Shown here: piece after piece, positions 53,805 through 64,000 of the stretch
Layout of the letters: the number at the start of each line of letters is the position of its first letter
Numbering within the stretch: position 1 is the stretch's first letter
IMG/VR virus record: IMGVR_UViG_2529292906_000009
Span: 1-64,000 of that record
Length of the DNA: 64,000 nucleotides
Strand: one strand, 5' to 3'
Origin: a virus
Lineage: Duplodnaviria > Heunggongvirae > Uroviricota > Caudoviricetes
The notes under the pieces: model-generated
Told to the model about the DNA's origin: nothing
Databases searched by the model: none
The model's input: the letters and a program-made list of their open reading frames with translations, nothing else
Program-made: the position numbers and the translations under genes

Positions 53805-54025
53805 TCAAGCTCTTCGATGAGCTGTTTTGCTGACAGCGTTCTTAGCCATTGAGCTGGCGCTTTATGGGCACCGAGTCCGCTCGCTCTGTGTAGAGCATTA
53901 AGGTTGTAACGGCCAGCGCGGTCGGTCGTAATTTCAACACCACAAATAACGGGCAGAGTGGTTGAAGGATCGACATTTTGATGAAGGTTTGATATATTCA
54001 TATCCGCATTGAATGTTTGTTGCAT
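53805..54025 (-). pseudogene. kilA: kilA N-terminal fragment (KilA-N domain)
   Basis: KilA-N motifs GRYNLNALHRASGLG...AQWLR...LIEELE; ORF then reads into IS200 sequence. Confidence 0.55.
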
Positions 54026-54094
54026 TTTTTCTCCAAATTTGCATCAACCTTCAATCACCAGCTCGAAATGGTGATTCTTTGCACTTAGAAAACG

Positions 54095-54111
54095 AAATTT
54101 ATTAGAGCAAA
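54095..54111 (-). promoter_or_regulatory. C1 operator (16/17) upstream of kilA
   Basis: aaatttattagagcaaa read directly. Confidence 0.6.
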
Positions 54112-54154
54112 TTTTTCTGACTCGATCCAGATCGGGTTGGACGATCTGCTCAGA

Positions 54155-54184
54155 AACCTGCCAGTTTGCTGGCAGGTTTTTTTC
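54155..54184. terminator. hairpin terminator (stronger T-run on + strand)
   Basis: aacctgccag-tttg-ctggcaggtt followed by TTTTTTTCTTTT. Confidence 0.5.
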
Positions 54185-54189
54185 TTTTG

Positions 54190-55236
54190 TTAACCTATTG
54201 CTACTGGTTTTAACAAACCAGCATCAAGTAGCTTGCGAGTTAACCACTGCTGGCCTTTACCCGTTAATTGGGGCGTCAGCCGTATCTGGTAGCCATTTTC
54301 ATCATCCAGCACCACTTCTTTCACCGTGAAATACCCGGCGTTGATGTACTGTTGGCGCGGTACGTTTTTGCGCGCACCAAAAGCCATGAGAATGCCGTTC
54401 TGGCGCAACCATGAGAAAAGGGCGTTTTGCTTAAGTCCAACGACCTTTGCAAAGTTCCCGATCAGGATTCCATTAGCCACTGATACCCGGTCGGCAAAAT
54501 CGACTTTAGGGGCTGCGGCCACCAGCTGTTGTTCCAGCTGCATTTTCTGTTCTGCCAACTCGGCAGCCAGGCGTAGAGCTTCTGGTAATGTTTGGGGGAT
54601 CGATGGGGCAGGGGAGTTTGCCTGCTGCAATTCTTCCAGTTTGTCGATCAGCGAACGGCGGACCGCTTTCGATTCGCGAGCAGCAACGCGCAGGGCTTGT
54701 TTGTATGTCATTACTATAACTACCTGATCCGCTCCACCTTTTTTCTTATCCATAGGGGTTACGAAGATTTCGTAACCCTCCCCATCAAGCTCATCCTTAA
54801 CTCTGGCAATGAAATCATTGTTGCGAACTGGTTTTTCGCTACATAATTTCCGTGCCTCATTGACCATCTTTAACAGTGTCAGGCTGTCGATTGTGTCTCC
54901 GGTGTTGGGGATAATATTCACGGCTGGTGCTGGCGTAGCTGACGTAACAGGTGCTGGTTTTTCAACATTCAAATTATTACCGGTCATTCTATGTGCCTCC
55001 TTTCTCATTTCTGCTGCCACTGTTGCGTAACGTAGACGTCCTTGTTCAATCAAATAATCCCTGATCTCGGCTATCAGTAGCCTGTTGATCACAGCCTTAT
55101 CTGTTCGGGTATAAAAACGCCTGGTTATCATGAAATAGTTAGCAATTGCGCCGGGGATCTCCCGTGTCGGCATACAGGCAGTATGCAAAGCGATCGCTTC
55201 GGCTATTTCATTACGGGTGACGAGAGGTTTTTTCAT
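54190..55236 (-). CDS. ant1: antirepressor (ANT C-terminal domain)
   Basis: C-terminal half shares the ANT/KilA-C domain with the kilA C-fragment; preceded by the icd-like ORF. Confidence 0.65.
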   Translation of the reverse strand: MKKPLVTRNEIAEAIALHTACMPTREIPGAIANYFMITRRFYTRTDKAVINRLLIAEIRDYLIEQGRLRYATVAAEMRKEAHRMTGNNLNVEKPAPVTSATPAPAVNIIPNTGDTIDSLTLLKMVNEARKLCSEKPVRNNDFIARVKDELDGEGYEIFVTPMDKKKGGADQVVIVMTYKQALRVAARESKAVRRSLIDKLEELQQANSPAPSIPQTLPEALRLAAELAEQKMQLEQQLVAAAPKVDFADRVSVANGILIGNFAKVVGLKQNALFSWLRQNGILMAFGARKNVPRQQYINAGYFTVKEVVLDDENGYQIRLTPQLTGKGQQWLTRKLLDAGLLKPVAIG

Positions 55237-55454
55237 AAAACCCCCTGAACGTCGGCAGAGAAGGGGAGGTTCCAGTAACTAAGTGAATTGCGCGAGTTAG
55301 TTGAAAAACGGGCAGTAAAAATGCAGGGGCCATCAGGCAATTGGGAGCGTGCTTCGTCTTCTGTTGCTGCGATAACGAAGTGATAGTGGTGTTTTTTACA
55401 GGAATAGAAACGCCAGATGAATTCTTGGCGTGCGCAAGGATTGGCATTAACCAT
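55233..55454 (-). CDS. icd: Icd-like cell-division inhibitor (73 aa) overlapping ant start
   Basis: 73-aa ORF overlapping ant start, as P1 icd; size matches. Confidence 0.5.
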   Translation of the reverse strand: MVNANPCARQEFIWRFYSCKKHHYHFVIAATEDEARSQLPDGPCIFTARFSTNSRNSLSYWNLPFSADVQGVL

Positions 55455-55479
55455 AGTTACGGCCTCGTAAGTTGATAAA

Positions 55480-55760
55480 CAACCTGCGACCCGCTGTCAA
55501 ACAGGTGGCAGGACGTGACAGGGTTGACAGACTGGCACTTACGAAACCAGCAGGCCGAAGCCTCCCCATCACGCCCCACCATAATTCGGGCGTAACGTGG
55601 TTTTACGGACACAAAAATACCGCAATATCGGAAATGTGCGGTTGTCCGCGTAAGTATTCAGGCTGTCAAACCTGGTCGCAGAATTTGCTGCGACGGCGGA
55701 ACTATAAGCCTGAACGATTAAAAGGTCAATATGATGCGAAAAGATAGCATTCGTGACTTA
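55480..55760 (-). ncRNA. c4: region expected to encode the c4 antisense RNA and its target repeats (boundaries not resolved)
   Basis: Lies between the operator and icd as in P1 immI; repeated TTGACAG-type motifs and their complements. Confidence 0.3.
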
Positions 55761-55767
55761 AAAATAC

Positions 55768-55784
55768 AAATTTATTAGAGCATT
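55768..55784 (-). promoter_or_regulatory. C1 operator (16/17) upstream of the immI operon
   Basis: aaatttattagagcatt read directly. Confidence 0.6.
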
Positions 55785-55882
55785 GTTTGTTTAATAAATA
55801 CACAAATGGATCTAATAACCTCTTTTTTTAAAGGCGAAAATATGTACCCTAAATGAGTTATAAGGCAGGTGAGGTTATAATG

Positions 55883-56527
55883 AGAAAACTATTACTACCG
55901 TTATTATTTATGGCTGGGACTGTTAATGCAGCATCAAGCGTAAAGGAGATTTGTACCGATTATACGAAATACCTTGGGCACGTTTACGGCTTTGCTGTCA
56001 GTCAAGACGAATCCATGCGCAAGAAGTTACTGTCAGATATGAAACGCCTTAAACTTTCTGAAGCGATGGTGCAGCAAGAACTGTATAAAGTCGCAACCAA
56101 CGAAAATGCTAAATATCAATATTCTCGCCTGTTAAATCCCGACGCAAACGAGATCAATCGAAGCTCTTTCGATTATATGGTAAAGGCATGCGAAACCGCT
56201 CCTGATTTTGCTATCCCTAGCTGGGGTGTGCTGGTGGCGAGCAATGCCGTTAATAAAGAAGACGTTGGAAGAAATGGCATTGATTCAATCAGAAACGCCC
56301 CGGGAATGCGCCATCAAAACGTGCAGGGTACGCTTGAAGAGCGGGCCAGGGGGCCGGGTACAAACTCCCCAATGGGAAACCTCTCACCAGAGGAATTGCA
56401 AGAGTATAACCAACGGATGGAGCAGTATGAGAAAGCGGCACGCGAACAAATGGAACAACAAAAGAACGGCTCACTTAATACCTTCCAGCAAGGTTTAAAA
56501 GCGCTTAATTTACCCTATGAATGGTAA
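55883..56527 (+). CDS. secreted protein (signal peptide) carrying a GMRxxxVQGTLEERARG motif shared with Sit
   Basis: MRKLLLPLLFMAGTVNA signal peptide; 17-aa motif nearly identical to one in the sit product. Confidence 0.5.
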   Translation, partial: RKLLLPLLFMAGTVNAASSVKEICTDYTKYLGHVYGFAVSQDESMRKKLLSDMKRLKLSEAMVQQELYKVATNENAKYQYSRLLNPDANEINRSSFDYMVKACETAPDFAIPSWGVLVASNAVNKEDVGRNGIDSIRNAPGMRHQNVQGTLEERARGPGTNSPMGNLSPEELQEYNQRMEQYEKAAREQMEQQKNGSLNTFQQGLKALNLPYEW

Positions 56528-56588
56528 ATATATTATGGATAACCAATTAAAATATTGATAATCGTTAATATCCAAAGGAGATAAATTA

Positions 56589-57065
56589 ATGCGCATCAAA
56601 CGATTTTTTCTAATTCTTGCTTTGCTTACTCCATTTTCATCAATGGCAAATGTAAGCAAATGGTCAACCGGCGAGACTCATGGTGTTCGTTCTTATGCTG
56701 TTTCCAGCAAAGATAATTATACGCTTACATTTGAGTGCGATGTTGGATTTAATAATACGGATCCCAATCAAGTAGGAACACGACTACTCACTCTCATGAA
56801 AACAGAACCTGGCGGTGAGTCATTTGATGCTAAAAAAGAACAAATAACGCTGAAAGTTGGTGATGATGAATATCCTATCAGTTCTATCGGTTCCTCTGTG
56901 GGTGATAGTTACTGGTATGGTTTTTGGTCAGATACCCCTGATATGGAAGTTAAAACATTCGATGCATACGTAGACGGAAAAAAAATCGCAACATTTACGC
57001 TACGTAAGGCCGCAGAGCTTTTCAACGCGGCACCTGAAGATGGCTGCCTGAAGCGCGCAAAATGA
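56589..57065 (+). CDS. secreted protein (signal peptide)
   Basis: MRIKRFFLILALLTPFSSMA signal peptide. Confidence 0.5.
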   Translation: MRIKRFFLILALLTPFSSMANVSKWSTGETHGVRSYAVSSKDNYTLTFECDVGFNNTDPNQVGTRLLTLMKTEPGGESFDAKKEQITLKVGDDEYPISSIGSSVGDSYWYGFWSDTPDMEVKTFDAYVDGKKIATFTLRKAAELFNAAPEDGCLKRAK

Positions 57066-57099
57066 CCTGTCACAAATGACTACTCGTAGAATCGGTTAA

Positions 57100-57690
<591 letters not shown>

Positions 57691-57700
57691 GGGGGCTGAT

Positions 57701-58312
57701 ATGGGGCTTAATGTTGCTTCAGTAAAGTCTTATGTATCTTCGGCATTAACGACGACATTATTTGGCTCCGGCGTTGGTGAGCGGGAAGTTGGTAAGCTGA
57801 CGTCAATCATCATGAACAAAATGCTGTTCGCGCAAGGATGGCAGTTCTCTGTCGAAGTTGATGGTCTGGAGGGGGCAGACTTCTTTGCTAAAGACATTAC
57901 CTACCACGATTACAGCATCGAATATGAAACGATTAAAATCGGCGGAGGGAATATCCTTCAACCAACGGAGCGTTCGCCAGGGCAGATAACAATGATGGTC
58001 AGGGATACCGTTGATGGCCTCGTTTTGGACTGGTTTAAGACGGCAAAAAGTCGGGTGATTAATCCAGACGGTACCGGGAATATACCGTCTAAATATTTGC
58101 TCAATGTGCGTATTTATCGGTTGCTGTCTTCCGGCTTAACCAAACTGGAAAATGAGATGACGGTATTCCCGGTCACTACCGGCGATGTCACCTATGCGCG
58201 AGATCAGGTTACGGAATTTAAGTCATTCCCAATGACCTTCGCATTGCACAGCACGTTTAACCAATCCTCAAGTTCTTTAGCTTCCCTTCTGGGCTTTAGT
58301 TTTTCTCTTTGA
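57701..58312 (+). CDS. hypothetical protein (203 aa)
   Basis: ORF in the rightward operon leading to sit. Confidence 0.45.
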   Translation: MGLNVASVKSYVSSALTTTLFGSGVGEREVGKLTSIIMNKMLFAQGWQFSVEVDGLEGADFFAKDITYHDYSIEYETIKIGGGNILQPTERSPGQITMMVRDTVDGLVLDWFKTAKSRVINPDGTGNIPSKYLLNVRIYRLLSSGLTKLENEMTVFPVTTGDVTYARDQVTEFKSFPMTFALHSTFNQSSSSLASLLGFSFSL

Positions 58313-58326
58313 ATTAAGGAGCAAGG

Positions 58327-59208
58327 ATGCTTTTACCTCTTTTCCCGCTACCATCGCGGCCAACTGAATTGATCCAGTTCCGTCAGCCAAATATTGCTGA
58401 TGCGATGCGTTTCAACTCGATAACACCGGAGGAACAAGAACAACAGACAACGGCGTATTTAAAAGCCTTGCTGGCTGAACCCGCGAAACATGATCCCCTG
58501 ACATGGACGGCGCAGGACCGGATTACCGCGTTATGGTGGATATTTACCGGCTCCCGTGAAACACCGGTCGAGACATTCACCTACACCTGTAAACATTGCG
58601 GTAAAGAGCATTATTACGATTGCGATATGAATGCTCTGGCTGAAGATATCCAGGTCCTGGAAGTGGAACCTTTCATTGACGATATTGAGGTGTCTGTAGA
58701 GGGAGTACCTTATCAATGGCGTATCGTGCCGCTTGATGGTTGGGCAATGGAAATGCTGGAGATGCGCCGTGCAGCATTGCCACCTGAAGACGACGCGGAA
58801 TTCAAAGAAGCGATCGTTGATTTGCGTTTTTGGGAATTCGCTTATCAGTGTGAACTTTATAACGATGTTAGCGGTACTCGTGAAGAGCAGGCTGAGCGTC
58901 GTTATGAAACGATCAAACGGATGGCCATTGATACTGAATTTATGAAGCTGGCGGCACACATCCGGCTGGCTCATGAAAAGCTCGAACATGGTTTACCGTG
59001 CTACATCGATAAAGGCGAAATGCGTCTTCGTCTCCCGCCGCACAAATGCCCAAACCAGGATACAAAGGAGTCCACAGAGGGTGCGTATACCCGTCTGTGG
59101 GTGCCCTTTCGGGCTACCGACTTCATTCCACAGGTGGGGATTGAAAAGCTATCAGACCTTAGTGTCCAACCTGGTTTTGTATGGGGGTATACCGATTCAG
59201 GACGCTGA
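58327..59208 (+). CDS. hypothetical protein (293 aa)
   Basis: ORF in the rightward operon leading to sit. Confidence 0.45.
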   Translation: MLLPLFPLPSRPTELIQFRQPNIADAMRFNSITPEEQEQQTTAYLKALLAEPAKHDPLTWTAQDRITALWWIFTGSRETPVETFTYTCKHCGKEHYYDCDMNALAEDIQVLEVEPFIDDIEVSVEGVPYQWRIVPLDGWAMEMLEMRRAALPPEDDAEFKEAIVDLRFWEFAYQCELYNDVSGTREEQAERRYETIKRMAIDTEFMKLAAHIRLAHEKLEHGLPCYIDKGEMRLRLPPHKCPNQDTKESTEGAYTRLWVPFRATDFIPQVGIEKLSDLSVQPGFVWGYTDSGR

Positions 59209-59289
59209 AAGGCTCACTGAATCCTATGCGTTTTTCCTGTTGGAGAAACTGGAAGAAAAACTTAAACCGAAGCGGTAGGCGATAAGATC

Positions 59290-62200
59290 ATGGAAAGAAA
59301 AAACGCCAACATTGACGATGTGATAAGGACGGTTGAAACCGCCAGCGCAAAAGAGCTGGAAGAGCTTGCAGGTATTCGGGAAGCCGTTGAAGATTTGAAA
59401 GGGGGGCGAGTTGCTACAGTTGATCCTGTCTCTCGCAGTGTGTCGGCATTAAATCGCACAATCGAAAATTCCCGGCCAGACTTTGTGGCCAATGCGCCAT
59501 CAGTGGACCCTATTGTTGAGGCAATGAAACGGCTTAATTTAGGGGACGTTTCTCGTGTAGTTCAGGAGGATGTTGCTCTACAGGAACCGCAGGCCAAATC
59601 AACTACGCGAAAGGGTAAAAAACGACGCAAGAAGGCTATAACAGAAGATGTAAAGGCGCAACGGACCGAAGCAGCCGAACACGCTCGCGAAATGTTCGGT
59701 CAAAAAGGCGGTGCGCAAAAAAGCCAAAACCAACGCGATGCGCGTGGTCGTTTTATTGGAAAGTCAGGGAGTAAGGCCGCAGCGGAAGATGCCCGTGCTG
59801 AACGTGCTGAAAAGGCCTGGCGCAAAGAGGATGATGAGCGTCTAAATGCTGAATCAGGTTTATTAAAAAAACTGTCAAAAGTAGCTGAAGGCATAGGTAA
59901 CCCTTCAGAGACTCGTGCCGTCGATGCGTTAGGTTATGCCGTTGCTGGTCCATTGTGGGCAGCAGGGAAGGAGCTTGGCGGGATATCAAAAGAAGTTGGT
60001 GGATCGCTTAATGGTGCCAGAAAGTCTATTGCCGATGTGATTCGTGGCAATGACGATAACAGCCGTAGAAAAGGTTTTTTTAGGCGTAAATCGCAAAATA
60101 GTGCCGATGTCGTTCAGGTTAACACCCAAAAACGGACGGTTCAGGAACTTCAGGAGCAGACCAGCGAAATTAAAGAGGGCAATGACAAGATTCTCAGCGC
60201 CCTTGATCAGATAGCCAAAAACACCGGGAAAAAGAAGGGCGGCTTGCTGTCCAAACTATTTAGCCTGTTAGGGAAGGGGGACGGTGGCGTCGCGTCGTTG
60301 TTAATGGGGCGTGGCATGCTGAAAAAAGCTGGAGCACTCGCTTTTGGCGCTCTGGGGGCAAAGAAACTTGTAGGGATGCTACGCGGTGGTGGCAAGAAGG
60401 CTCTCGCCCATGAAGGCGGAGATTTGGCTGCCCGGGCAGCAGGTAAACTTGGATTAAAGGCCGTTGGTAAAGGAGCGTTACGCGCAATTCCCCTAGTCGG
60501 CACAGTGGCTGGAGGTATTTATGATGCGGTAACCGGTTGGAATGATACAGAAGCGCAACGTCGAGCGTTTGGGCTTAAATCAGGACAAGATCCATCATTC
60601 CAGCAAAAAGCCGCTTATACGTTAGCTAATGTTCTTGATATGGGGGGACTGGTATCTGGTATTAGCAGCGCCATTGGTGAGGTTCTCAAATCACTTGGAT
60701 TTGAGGATATCGGCAATATGTTGCAATCATTTTCGACGGAAAGTATTGCCCTGGCCATTGATAGTGGGATTACCAACTTAGAAACTTATATTTCTAACCT
60801 TGGCGACACCATTTCTACCAAGTTCGATGATTACACAGCAAAGATTGGTGATGCTGTTTCAGCATGGTTTAGCGATACATCTAATAAGCTGCTTGAAAAG
60901 CTGGATGCCATCAAAGACTTCTTTACTGTCGATAACCTGAAACAGGTTTTCAGTGATGCAATTGATAGTGCAATTGATTTCATTAAGAACCCAGGGAAAC
61001 ACATTAAAGAGGCGGCTGGTAATATTTGGGATGGGGTTAAAAATTTACCCGGTAAAGCATTAGATGCAGCGGTTGATGCCGTTAAAAATACCCCTGCGGC
61101 AATGATTGTATCAAAAATACCCAATCCGATCGGCGAGGCTAATGCGAAAGAAATCACTCCAGAGTTAAAAGCTCCGGTTAATAGCCACCAGGAGACGTCT
61201 AATTCTAAAACTGAATCCGATGCCAAACAGAGTAATATTGCTACCCGCGTGATAAATGCGGCACTGGACACGGCGAAAGATAGCAATAAAACAGTAAAAC
61301 AAACTGCCAATCAGATTATCAATGCAAATGCCGTAGAAACGGGCAATAGCGCGTTGCAGAAAATTGATAAAGCTATTGGTCAAAATAGCTCGTCATCATC
61401 GTCGCTTAATACCACTGGCACCAGGAATGACATTCAGAAAGCTGCGGATACCTACAACAATGGCAACTTGGATGTAAAAGTCGGAAGTCTTGGCGCTGAA
61501 GGTAAGGCTAATCTCGATAAGTTGGCTCCGTATTTTGCCGAACTAGAGAATAAATACGGTCTTCCAGAAGGCACTCTTTACGCGATTGCTGCAACTGAAT
61601 CTGGTGGTAATCCGTATGCAAAATCCCAAACCGGTGCTCTGGGGATGTTTCAGTTCACGGGGATTGCTCGTGAAGAGACTGGCTTAGCTGAAGGTGAATC
61701 GTTTGATCCTGTGAAATCGGCAGAAGCTGCGGCTCTTCTCATGAGCAAATATCTGAAGCAAGCCAATGGAGACTTAAACGAGGCCATCACTGCATATAAT
61801 GCTGGGTTTGGCACTATCAATAAGTGGAAAAAAGGCACAGGTGACTTATCGAAAGAAAACCGTGAGTACGCGATCAAGGTCAATACTCATCGTGCTCGCT
61901 ATTTAGGTGGTGAAATCTATACACCTGGAGCAGGAGCACAGGGTGGGGCGCAATATGGAGTGAGGGGACCACTGCCTGATAACGCTGTTATCGATCAGTC
62001 TACTGGCCTGGCGTTTACCCCTGGTGATAGCCCGTTTGAGAAAGGCGGTCTGGTAGACAAAATTGGCAATGCTGTTGGCGTTAACGATCTGGTCAACAAA
62101 TTCATGAATGGCCGGGGTATGCGTCGGGAAGTCGTTCAGGGAACGCTCGAAGAACGTGCACGAGGGAGGGGGACCGCAACAGCTGCTGGCAATGTGTATG

Positions 62201-62682
62201 TTGATACTCCGATGCCAGTCGAAGAGGCGCGTCCGGTGGCCAGCAACTCAAGTTACTTTGACCAACTCGGCGCACAAATGGGGATTGATGGACTATTCGA
62301 TAAACTCCGCAACTCGCCGGGGATGCGGAAAAATAATGCGCCTGAACCAGCCTCCACGTCCCAGGTGACGACTGCCGCCAACGATTTGCAGCAACCAACC
62401 GGTCGTATGCAGATAGACGGGCAGGTTATTAGTGACCTTGGTGGTTCCGGTGCCAAGCCGACAATGCAGTTGGCTGATAATACCGTTTCACTTGATGGTG
62501 AAACGAAGCGGCTGTTTGCGCAGATGACCTCATTGCTTGCCAGGATTGAGGAGCACACCAAAGACTCGGCGAAAGGCCAGGGAACTGTCGTAAAGGTCAG
62601 CACGCCTCAGCCGGGCGTTATGCGCACGGTACCACTGTCAATTGATGATCCGTTGATGAATGACTACGCGAGAGTTGATTGA
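59290..62682 (+). CDS. sit: structural injection transglycosylase (soluble lytic transglycosylase domain)
   Basis: 1130-aa ORF with SLT motifs ESGGNPYA...GALGMFQF...AYNAG; same size class as recalled P1 Sit. Confidence 0.8.
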   Translation: MERKNANIDDVIRTVETASAKELEELAGIREAVEDLKGGRVATVDPVSRSVSALNRTIENSRPDFVANAPSVDPIVEAMKRLNLGDVSRVVQEDVALQEPQAKSTTRKGKKRRKKAITEDVKAQRTEAAEHAREMFGQKGGAQKSQNQRDARGRFIGKSGSKAAAEDARAERAEKAWRKEDDERLNAESGLLKKLSKVAEGIGNPSETRAVDALGYAVAGPLWAAGKELGGISKEVGGSLNGARKSIADVIRGNDDNSRRKGFFRRKSQNSADVVQVNTQKRTVQELQEQTSEIKEGNDKILSALDQIAKNTGKKKGGLLSKLFSLLGKGDGGVASLLMGRGMLKKAGALAFGALGAKKLVGMLRGGGKKALAHEGGDLAARAAGKLGLKAVGKGALRAIPLVGTVAGGIYDAVTGWNDTEAQRRAFGLKSGQDPSFQQKAAYTLANVLDMGGLVSGISSAIGEVLKSLGFEDIGNMLQSFSTESIALAIDSGITNLETYISNLGDTISTKFDDYTAKIGDAVSAWFSDTSNKLLEKLDAIKDFFTVDNLKQVFSDAIDSAIDFIKNPGKHIKEAAGNIWDGVKNLPGKALDAAVDAVKNTPAAMIVSKIPNPIGEANAKEITPELKAPVNSHQETSNSKTESDAKQSNIATRVINAALDTAKDSNKTVKQTANQIINANAVETGNSALQKIDKAIGQNSSSSSSLNTTGTRNDIQKAADTYNNGNLDVKVGSLGAEGKANLDKLAPYFAELENKYGLPEGTLYAIAATESGGNPYAKSQTGALGMFQFTGIAREETGLAEGESFDPVKSAEAAALLMSKYLKQANGDLNEAITAYNAGFGTINKWKKGTGDLSKENREYAIKVNTHRARYLGGEIYTPGAGAQGGAQYGVRGPLPDNAVIDQSTGLAFTPGDSPFEKGGLVDKIGNAVGVNDLVNKFMNGRGMRREVVQGTLEERARGRGTATAAGNVYVDTPMPVEEARPVASNSSYFDQLGAQMGIDGLFDKLRNSPGMRKNNAPEPASTSQVTTAANDLQQPTGRMQIDGQVISDLGGSGAKPTMQLADNTVSLDGETKRLFAQMTSLLARIEEHTKDSAKGQGTVVKVSTPQPGVMRTVPLSIDDPLMNDYARVD

Positions 62683-63038
62683 TGGCCAACAATAACGAAA
62701 TTGATCCTTTACTGACGCTGGAGTTATCCGGCGTAAAAACGTATGAGTCCCAGGAGGAGGCCTGGGGCGCTCGTTTATATGAGTGGCTGAACACTTATCA
62801 GGGTGAGGTATACGGAGATCCGTCATGGGGCAATGTTTTGCCGCAGTTTAAACACGAACCGACCAACTTGTCGTATGTTCAAATTGCGGTTGAGGCAATG
62901 CTGTTGCAAAAACTGACGGTAGATTTACCTGACATACCGATTTCTGGCTTGTCAGTAGCCGAGGGAGATGCTTTTGATAAGTTGAAAATATCCATTCGTA
63001 TCAGGGATATAACTATCACACAGGACGTGGTGCTATGA
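62679..63038 (+). CDS. hypothetical virion protein (119 aa)
   Basis: Start overlaps sit stop; stop overlaps next start. Confidence 0.45.
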   Translation: MMANNNEIDPLLTLELSGVKTYESQEEAWGARLYEWLNTYQGEVYGDPSWGNVLPQFKHEPTNLSYVQIAVEAMLLQKLTVDLPDIPISGLSVAEGDAFDKLKISIRIRDITITQDVVL

Positions 63039-64000
63039 GTAAAACAACACCGACTAAAGACAGTATTCGTGCAGAGTTTGAAGAGCTTGTCGAGAAAGAT
63101 TCATTCTGGTCGAAGTTTGTCGGCTCTCAATTTGTCTCGATGCTGACATTGTTTATTACCCAGATTGTCTACAGGTGCTTTCAGTATGCCGATGCGGCGC
63201 TGGCTGAAGGCTTTATATCGACCGCGACGCGGCGTTCCTCTATCCTGGCTGCGGCAGAAACGAACAGTTATGTTGGTACCAAGCCAACACCGTCATCGGG
63301 GATGATTGAGATCACCGCCACAAGTGAAGATGCCCCAGCGGTAATCCCCAAAAACATGCCTTTAATATCTGACGACCAGTACCCTTACATGACTATGGAT
63401 GTATGCAGGTTGGTTGACGGCACCGGTACGGTAGAAGTGGCACAGTTGGAAATCCAGGAGGTGACATATACCGTTACGGCAGCCAAAGAATTTCTGGAAG
63501 TCGTGTTATCAAAGGCTCTTACTGCTGTCTGCTATAAGCTGGAAGTATTCGTGACGACCGATGGGAAGACCACGCAGTGGTCTTCCAGCACTATGTTCCG
63601 GTTAGCCGGTAGTAAAAGCCAGGTCTACGTTGAGTTTTATAAACCATCCGAGCAGTTGGGGGTTCGATTCGGCGATGGGCTAATTGGGCAAATACCGCCA
63701 GAAGGTTCGACAATTACGCTTAAGGTATGGTGCACCAACGGCGATATAACCCTGGTTGCTGGCCAAAACCTGACGCCTGTCGATTCTGCGGCTGATTTAG
63801 CTAATTTGATTTCAGTTAAGACAACGACACCTATAACCGCAGGTACCGATGCTGAAACAACGGAGATCACACGTAACCGTGCACAATATTACCTTGCCTA
63901 TGATGATCAGGTCGTATGGGGCGGGGACTATACGTATTTTCTGGTTCGTAACATCCCGGGGCTGTCCTGGGTAAAGGCATGGGGCGAAGGCCAGCAAGAG
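63035..64000 (+). CDS. putative baseplate protein, 3'-partial (runs off window end)
   Basis: Open frame from ATG at 63035 to the window end; ATGA overlap with the upstream gene. Confidence 0.45.
   Translation, partial: MSKTTPTKDSIRAEFEELVEKDSFWSKFVGSQFVSMLTLFITQIVYRCFQYADAALAEGFISTATRRSSILAAAETNSYVGTKPTPSSGMIEITATSEDAPAVIPKNMPLISDDQYPYMTMDVCRLVDGTGTVEVAQLEIQEVTYTVTAAKEFLEVVLSKALTAVCYKLEVFVTTDGKTTQWSSSTMFRLAGSKSQVYVEFYKPSEQLGVRFGDGLIGQIPPEGSTITLKVWCTNGDITLVAGQNLTPVDSAADLANLISVKTTTPITAGTDAETTEITRNRAQYYLAYDDQVVWGGDYTYFLVRNIPGLSWVKAWGEGQQE

Overview
The window is a contiguous ~64-kb stretch of a P1-like temperate phage-plasmid from an enterobacterial host. It opens inside loxP (only the last 11 nt are present) and runs through immC (coi-c1), the pac/terminase block (lpa, pacA, pacB), the phd-doc addiction module and humD, a long leftward array of accessory (pmg-like) genes, a baseplate block, the ban helicase operon with three tRNA genes (Ile-CAU, Thr-UGU, Asn-GUU) and a TerB-like gene, dmt (fused m5C/m6A methyltransferase), an rdgC homolog, an overlapped spanin pair, the plasmid replicon (oriR-incC-repA-incA) and partition cassette (parA-parB-parS), capsid and sheath genes, kilA-repL, the immI region (ant/icd/c4) and the injection transglycosylase sit. 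Eleven good copies of the asymmetric 17-bp C1 operator are scattered across it. Departures from a plain P1 backbone: an IS2 with 5-bp target duplication, an IS200-like element inside kilA, a probable frameshift at the 3' end of c1, an SOS-box-controlled two-gene module divergent from humD, an AT-rich moron island (DUF3892-like gene plus orphan ParA-like ATPase), a GT-B glycosyltransferase in the ban operon, a phosphatase/transferase-like enzyme cluster, and an array of tRNA-like structured repeats. No database search was possible: all family calls rest on motif and sequence recognition, and P1 gene names, protein lengths and element sequences are recalled from memory.
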